A stretch of DNA of 32,000 nt from Pseudidiomarina andamanensis (GTDB lineage Bacteria; Pseudomonadota; Gammaproteobacteria; Enterobacterales; Alteromonadaceae): positions 690,001 through 722,000 of the forward strand of contig NZ_CP032551.1 of assembly GCF_009734345.1 (NCBI RefSeq). The letters are read 5' to 3'. Positions 27,816 through 32,000 of this stretch are shown here, one piece after another. The notes beneath the pieces are model-generated. The model was not told the origin of the DNA, made no database searches, and saw only the letters and a program-made list of their open reading frames with translations. Each line of letters starts with the position of its first letter. The first letter of the stretch is position 1. Position numbers and translations under genes: made by a program.

Positions 27816-29492
27816 TTAGTCGTCGCTCTTAGCCGCTTTGAAGGCTTCAGCCATTGCGTTTGTGAAGTCAGCTTCGTCTTGCTGCTTGTTCACAGACTCA
27901 AGAGCTTCTTTCTCTTCAACTTCGTCTTTCGCGCGAATTGACAGGCTCAAGGTACGGTTTTTACGGTCTACGCCCATGAAACGAGCTTCAACTTCGTCGC
28001 CTACTTTCAATTCAGTGGTCGCGTCTTCAACACGGTCACGTGAAATGTCAGCTACGCGAACGTAACCTTCAACGCTATCAGCTAGCTCAACTTTAGCGCC
28101 TTTGGCATCAACTTCGATGACCTTACCTTTAACAATAGCACCTTTTTTGTTAGCTGCTAGGTAATTGTTAAACGGATCTTCTTCAAGTTGCTTGATACCC
28201 AAAGAAATACGCTCACGCTCAGCGTCAACTTGTAATACAACAGCAGTAACTTCTTCGCCTTTCTTGAAGTCGCGAACCGCTTCTTCGCCAGTTGCATTCC
28301 AGCTAATGTCTGACAAGTGAACCAAACCGTCGATGCCGCCATCAAGACCGATGAAGATACCGAAGTCAGTGATTGACTTGATCTTACCAGACACTTTGTC
28401 GCCCTTGTTGAAGTTCTTCGCGAACTCTTCCCACGGGTTAGCTTTACACTGTTTCAGGCCAAGTGAAATACGACGACGTTCTTCATCGATTTCAAGAACC
28501 ATAACTTCAACAACGTCATCCAAGTTAACAACTTTAGAAGGATGTACGTTCTTGTTGGTCCAATCCATTTCTGAAACGTGAACCAAACCTTCAACGCCTT
28601 CTTCGATTTCAACGAAGCAACCGTAGTCAGTTAAGTTGGTTACGCGACCAGTCAAACGATGACCTTCTGGGTAACGTGCTGCGATATCAGCCCATGGATC
28701 AGCACCTAACTGCTTCAGACCCAATGATACGCGAGTACGGTCACGGTCAAACTTCAATACTTTCACGTTGATTTCGTCGCCAACGTTCACAACTTCGCTT
28801 GGGTGTTTAACGCGTTTCCAAGCCATGTCGGTGATGTGCAACAAGCCGTCAACGCCGCCCAAGTCTACGAATGCACCGTAATCAGTAAGGTTCTTAACGA
28901 TACCTTTAACTTCTTGGCCTTCTTGTAGGTTCTCAAGCAACTCATCGCGCTCTGCACTGTTCTCAGTTTCAATCACTGCACGACGTGAAACAACAACGTT
29001 GTTGCGCTTCTGGTCAAGCTTGATAACTTTGAACTCTAATTCTTTGTTTTCGAGGTGCGTGGTTTCACGAACCGGACGAACGTCTACCAATGAACCTGGC
29101 AAGAACGCGCGTACGCCACCCAAATCAACTGTGAAGCCGCCTTTAACTTTACCGCTGATTAAGCCAGTAACAGTTTCTTGGTCTTCGTATGCTTTCTCAA
29201 GCTGCAACCAAGCTTCGTAGCGCTTCGCTTTCTCGCGAGACAGGATAGTTTCACCAAATCCGTCTTCAACGGCGTCCAGGGCAACGTCGATTTCGTCGCC
29301 AACTTGAACTTCAACAACGCCTTCAGCGTTACGGAATTGTTCAACTGGGATAGCACTTTCAGATTTCAGACCGGCGTCAACAAGAACAACGTCACGGTTG
29401 ATAGCTACGATGGTGCCTTTAACGATAGAACCTGGGCGAGTTTCGACCTCTTTGAGGCTTTCTTCAAACAGTTGTGCAAAATTTTCTGACAT
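27816..29492 (-). CDS. rpsA: 30S ribosomal protein S1
   Basis: 558-aa [34 protein letters not shown]... followed by six S1 repeats. Collinear with E. coli RpsA. Confidence 0.98.
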   Translation of the reverse strand: MSENFAQLFEESLKEVETRPGSIVKGTIVAINRDVVLVDAGLKSESAIPVEQFRNAEGVVEVQVGDEIDVALDAVEDGFGETILSREKAKRYEAWLQLEKAYEDQETVTGLISGKVKGGFTVDLGGVRAFLPGSLVDVRPVRETTHLENKELEFKVIKLDQKRNNVVVSRRAVIETENSAERDELLENLQEGQEVKGIVKNLTDYGAFVDLGGVDGLLHITDMAWKRVKHPSEVVNVGDEINVKVLKFDRDRTRVSLGLKQLGADPWADIAARYPEGHRLTGRVTNLTDYGCFVEIEEGVEGLVHVSEMDWTNKNVHPSKVVNLDDVVEVMVLEIDEERRRISLGLKQCKANPWEEFAKNFNKGDKVSGKIKSITDFGIFIGLDGGIDGLVHLSDISWNATGEEAVRDFKKGEEVTAVVLQVDAERERISLGIKQLEEDPFNNYLAANKKGAIVKGKVIEVDAKGAKVELADSVEGYVRVADISRDRVEDATTELKVGDEVEARFMGVDRKNRTLSLSIRAKDEVEEKEALESVNKQQDEADFTNAMAEAFKAAKSDD

Positions 29493-29604
29493 ATGTGTTA
29501 ACTACTTTTAGTTAAGTACGTCCACCAAGCACTCCCGAATGGCGGGGTTGTTAAAATTGATCTGATGGCTTTCCTTGCTACAGACCCCTAAGCTGATAGC
29601 TCGA

Positions 29605-30306
29605 TTAGCTACCCGTCTCAGATTGAGTCAATTTGCCATGAGCAAACTGCAGAATTTGATCAACCACTTCAGTGATGCTCAAATTCGTTGAATCTATAAA
29701 TAACGAACCCTCAGCAGCACGTAGTGGCGCAACCGAGCGGTTCGTGTCCCGATCATCACGTTCGCGAATTTCGGTGATTAATTGGTCGATTTTAGCATCG
29801 ATTCCCTTTTCCTGCAATTGCTCAAAGCGACGACGTGCGCGCTCTTCGGGGCTTGCAGTTAAAAAGATTTTCGCTGCGGCATCAGGGAAGACAACGGTGC
29901 CCATATCACGACCGTCGGCAACCAAGCCTGGCAACTCTTTAAAGGCACGCTGGCGGCGTAATAACGCTTCGCGAACACGCGGTAATGCGGCAACCTTAGA
30001 AGCCATATTCGCAACTTCTTGAGTGCGAATGGTCATGGTGACGTCTTCGCCTTCTAGAATAATATGGGTGAGTTCCGGATCTTCTTCGACATCAAACTTC
30101 ACATCCAAAGAACCAGCTAGCGCCACCAAGCTCTCTTCATCGTCAGCCGCAAATCCGTGATGCAATGCTGCGAGGGCGAGTACGCGGTAAATTGCTCCGC
30201 TGTCGAGTAAGTGCCAACCGAGTTGATCAGCTAAAATTCGACTGACGGTTCCTTTACCTGAGCCGCTTGGGCCATCAATAGTGATAACAGGTGTGTTTTT
30301 GGTCAT
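29605..30306 (-). CDS. cmk: (d)CMP kinase
   Basis: ATG 30306 with SD AGAGGA gives [23 protein letters not shown] (P-loop) and a 233-aa product. The track start at 30336 adds an unsupported 10-aa extension. Confidence 0.95.
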   Translation of the reverse strand: MTKNTPVITIDGPSGSGKGTVSRILADQLGWHLLDSGAIYRVLALAALHHGFAADDEESLVALAGSLDVKFDVEEDPELTHIILEGEDVTMTIRTQEVANMASKVAALPRVREALLRRQRAFKELPGLVADGRDMGTVVFPDAAAKIFLTASPEERARRRFEQLQEKGIDAKIDQLITEIRERDDRDTNRSVAPLRAAEGSLFIDSTNLSITEVVDQILQFAHGKLTQSETGS

Positions 30307-30392
30307 GCGATCCTCTACCAAATAAAAGCGCCGCAATTATACGGATCTGGCAGAAAATTGCACCCTAAATTGGTGAACGTTCCGTGATATCT

Positions 30393-31700
30393 CTATGAAG
30401 ATTGCGTGATCGCACAAAATTCATCGAAGAACTTTGGATAGGTTTTTGAACAACAATTTGGATCTAAGATCGTAACGCCGGCTGTGCTAAACCCTAACAA
30501 TGCAAAGCACATCGCCATGCGATGATCGTTATAAGTGGCTATTTCTGCATGCTTGATTTCGTCTGGTGGTGTCACCGAAATCGCATCTTCGGTCTCCACC
30601 ACGTGGGCACCAACTTTACGCAATTCATTAGCCATCGCTTCAAGTCGATCGGTTTCTTTAATACGCCAATTCGCAATGTTACGAATATGGGTGGTACCTT
30701 TGGCGAACAACGCGAGTGTTGCAAACGTCATGGCTGCATCCGGAATTGCATTTAAATCGGCATCCAATGCGCGCAACTCACCGCGTTTAACGGTAATTGA
30801 ATGCGGCGAAACCTCGACATCGGCACCCATTTCCGCCAAATAATCAGCGAACTTAACATCGCCTTGAATACTTTCACTACCCACGCCATGAACAGTTAAC
30901 GGGCCTTCGCCAATAGCTGCCGCGGCCAACCAGTACGAGGCGGCACTCGCATCACCCTCAACCCAATAATCACCCGGGCTCTGATAGGTTTGCTGCCCTG
31001 GAATTAAAAATTCCTGACGGCAAATACGATGTACTTCTATACCGAAGCGCTTCAACATCGAAAGCGTCAATTCAATATAGGGCCAGGAAACAACCGTACC
31101 GGTAAGCTCCAGCACACTATCTTGCTCAAGCAATGGTAATGCCATCAGCATGGCCGAAATGTATTGACTTGAGGCGCTGCCATCAATGGTCAACATACCG
31201 CCTTGTAGGCCACCCTTCAGTTCAATTGGCGGGTACCCCTCGTGCTGCAAACAAGTCAGCTCCGCACCGCCAGCACGCAGTGCCTCGACTAATGCATGCA
31301 CTGGGCGCTCCTGCATGCGGGCATCCCCGGTAAGAATACAAGCGTGCCCTTCCAAGGTAGCACTGAGAACCGCCAACAATGGTCGCATCGCGGTACCCGC
31401 ATTACCTAAATCCAAGGCTTTAGGTTGCTGCGACCACTTGCCACCACAACCAATCACTTTTATGGTCGTACTAGTTTCATCCGCAACGTCAATTGCAACG
31501 CCAAGCTCGATTAATGCCTCGAGCATGCGTTCAGTGTCGTCACTACGCAGTACATTAGTTAATGTTGTGTTTTGCCCGTCAGCACAGAGTGCCGCCATCA
31601 ATAAGGCACGATTCGCAATACTTTTTGAGCCTGGCAGTGTCACATCACCGTGACACTGTTGCAGGTTTTGAAGTGTTATTGATGGGGAGCCTGAGGTCAT
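30393..31700 (-). CDS. aroA: 3-phosphoshikimate 1-carboxyvinyltransferase (EPSP synthase)
   Basis: 435-aa ORF. LPGSKSIANRALLMAAL, LGNAGTAMRPL and NDHRMAMCFAL motifs. aroA-cmk-rpsA synteny. Confidence 0.96.
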   Translation of the reverse strand: MTSGSPSITLQNLQQCHGDVTLPGSKSIANRALLMAALCADGQNTTLTNVLRSDDTERMLEALIELGVAIDVADETSTTIKVIGCGGKWSQQPKALDLGNAGTAMRPLLAVLSATLEGHACILTGDARMQERPVHALVEALRAGGAELTCLQHEGYPPIELKGGLQGGMLTIDGSASSQYISAMLMALPLLEQDSVLELTGTVVSWPYIELTLSMLKRFGIEVHRICRQEFLIPGQQTYQSPGDYWVEGDASAASYWLAAAAIGEGPLTVHGVGSESIQGDVKFADYLAEMGADVEVSPHSITVKRGELRALDADLNAIPDAAMTFATLALFAKGTTHIRNIANWRIKETDRLEAMANELRKVGAHVVETEDAISVTPPDEIKHAEIATYNDHRMAMCFALLGFSTAGVTILDPNCCSKTYPKFFDEFCAITQSS

Positions 31701-31709
31701 CTTAAGGTG

Positions 31710-32000
31710 CTATAGAATCGTTTTCATGGCATCAATGAACGCTTGGTTTTCGCTTGGCAATCCAATACTGACGCGCAAATGATTCGGCAACTGATAGCCC
31801 GCAACCGGACGCACAATCACGCCAGCACGGAGGAGTTTTTGATACATGTCGCCTGCTTCCGGGCCAACTTCAATGGTTAAGAAGTTGCCGTGCGAAGGAA
31901 TATAGTTCAAACCATTATCTTCACAGAAAGCAACAAGTTGCTGCATGCCTTCTTTATTCACGCGAATGGATTCAGCTAAATACTCCTCATCATCCAACAC
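31710..32000 (-). CDS. hisC: Histidinol-phosphate aminotransferase-like class II aminotransferase, C-terminal fragment (N-terminus beyond the window end)
   Basis: The frame is open to nt 32000. The track's initial M is an internal GTG codon. The C-terminal pattern ...SHGNFLTIEVG...LLRAGVIVRPVAGYQLPNHLRVSIG... is typical of HisC-type aminotransferases found upstream of aroA in many gammaproteobacteria. Confidence 0.75.
   Translation of the reverse strand: MLDDEEYLAESIRVNKEGMQQLVAFCEDNGLNYIPSHGNFLTIEVGPEAGDMYQKLLRAGVIVRPVAGYQLPNHLRVSIGLPSENQAFIDAMKTIL

Noticed and set aside
1-32000. The whole window considered as a genomic island, defence island or prophage.
   Set aside because: There are no integrase, transposase or phage genes, no tRNA or direct-repeat boundaries, and no obvious compositional break by eye. 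Gene content is dominated by conserved housekeeping synteny (apbC/metG divergent pair, lapA-lapB-pyrF, aroA-cmk-rpsA-ihfB).

Overview
This window looks like ordinary chromosomal core genome from a marine-type gammaproteobacterium. The Alteromonadales-like assignment is an inference from gene content and synteny, with no search run. I support 31 protein-coding genes, two of them truncated by the window edges. I see no rRNA, tRNA, CRISPR array, transposase, integrase or phage gene.

The right third (24.8-32 kb, minus strand) is a conserved housekeeping run: hisC(partial)-aroA-cmk-rpsA-ihfB-lapA-lapB-pyrF-comEA-like. The middle holds dcd, apbC/mrp, metG, rlmI, a HinT-type HIT protein, msrB, ggt and a small rhomboid protease that looks like a rhombosortase. 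The left half is envelope and secretome oriented. It has a two-gene RND efflux operon (adaptor plus pump), two M28 peptidases, an 885-aa M14 carboxypeptidase, several DUF-type exported or membrane proteins (DUF2937-like, YgjV-like, DUF192-like, DUF4382-like), a YbhK/YvcK (CofD-like) protein and an MDR-family oxidoreductase.

Four canonical rho-independent terminators and one near-consensus sigma70 promoter with an operator-like palindrome are readable directly.

I find no convincing mobile, defence or otherwise clearly novel system. The best candidates for follow-up are:
- the yvcK-like/M14 peptidase operon;
- the terminator-bracketed DUF192/M28 operon next to a DUF4382 lipoprotein;
- the efflux operon whose operator has no local regulator and faces a membrane-anchored unknown protein;
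- an orphan rhombosortase;
- a 7-bp tandem repeat array.

All family assignments rest on motif and sequence recall, not on database searches.
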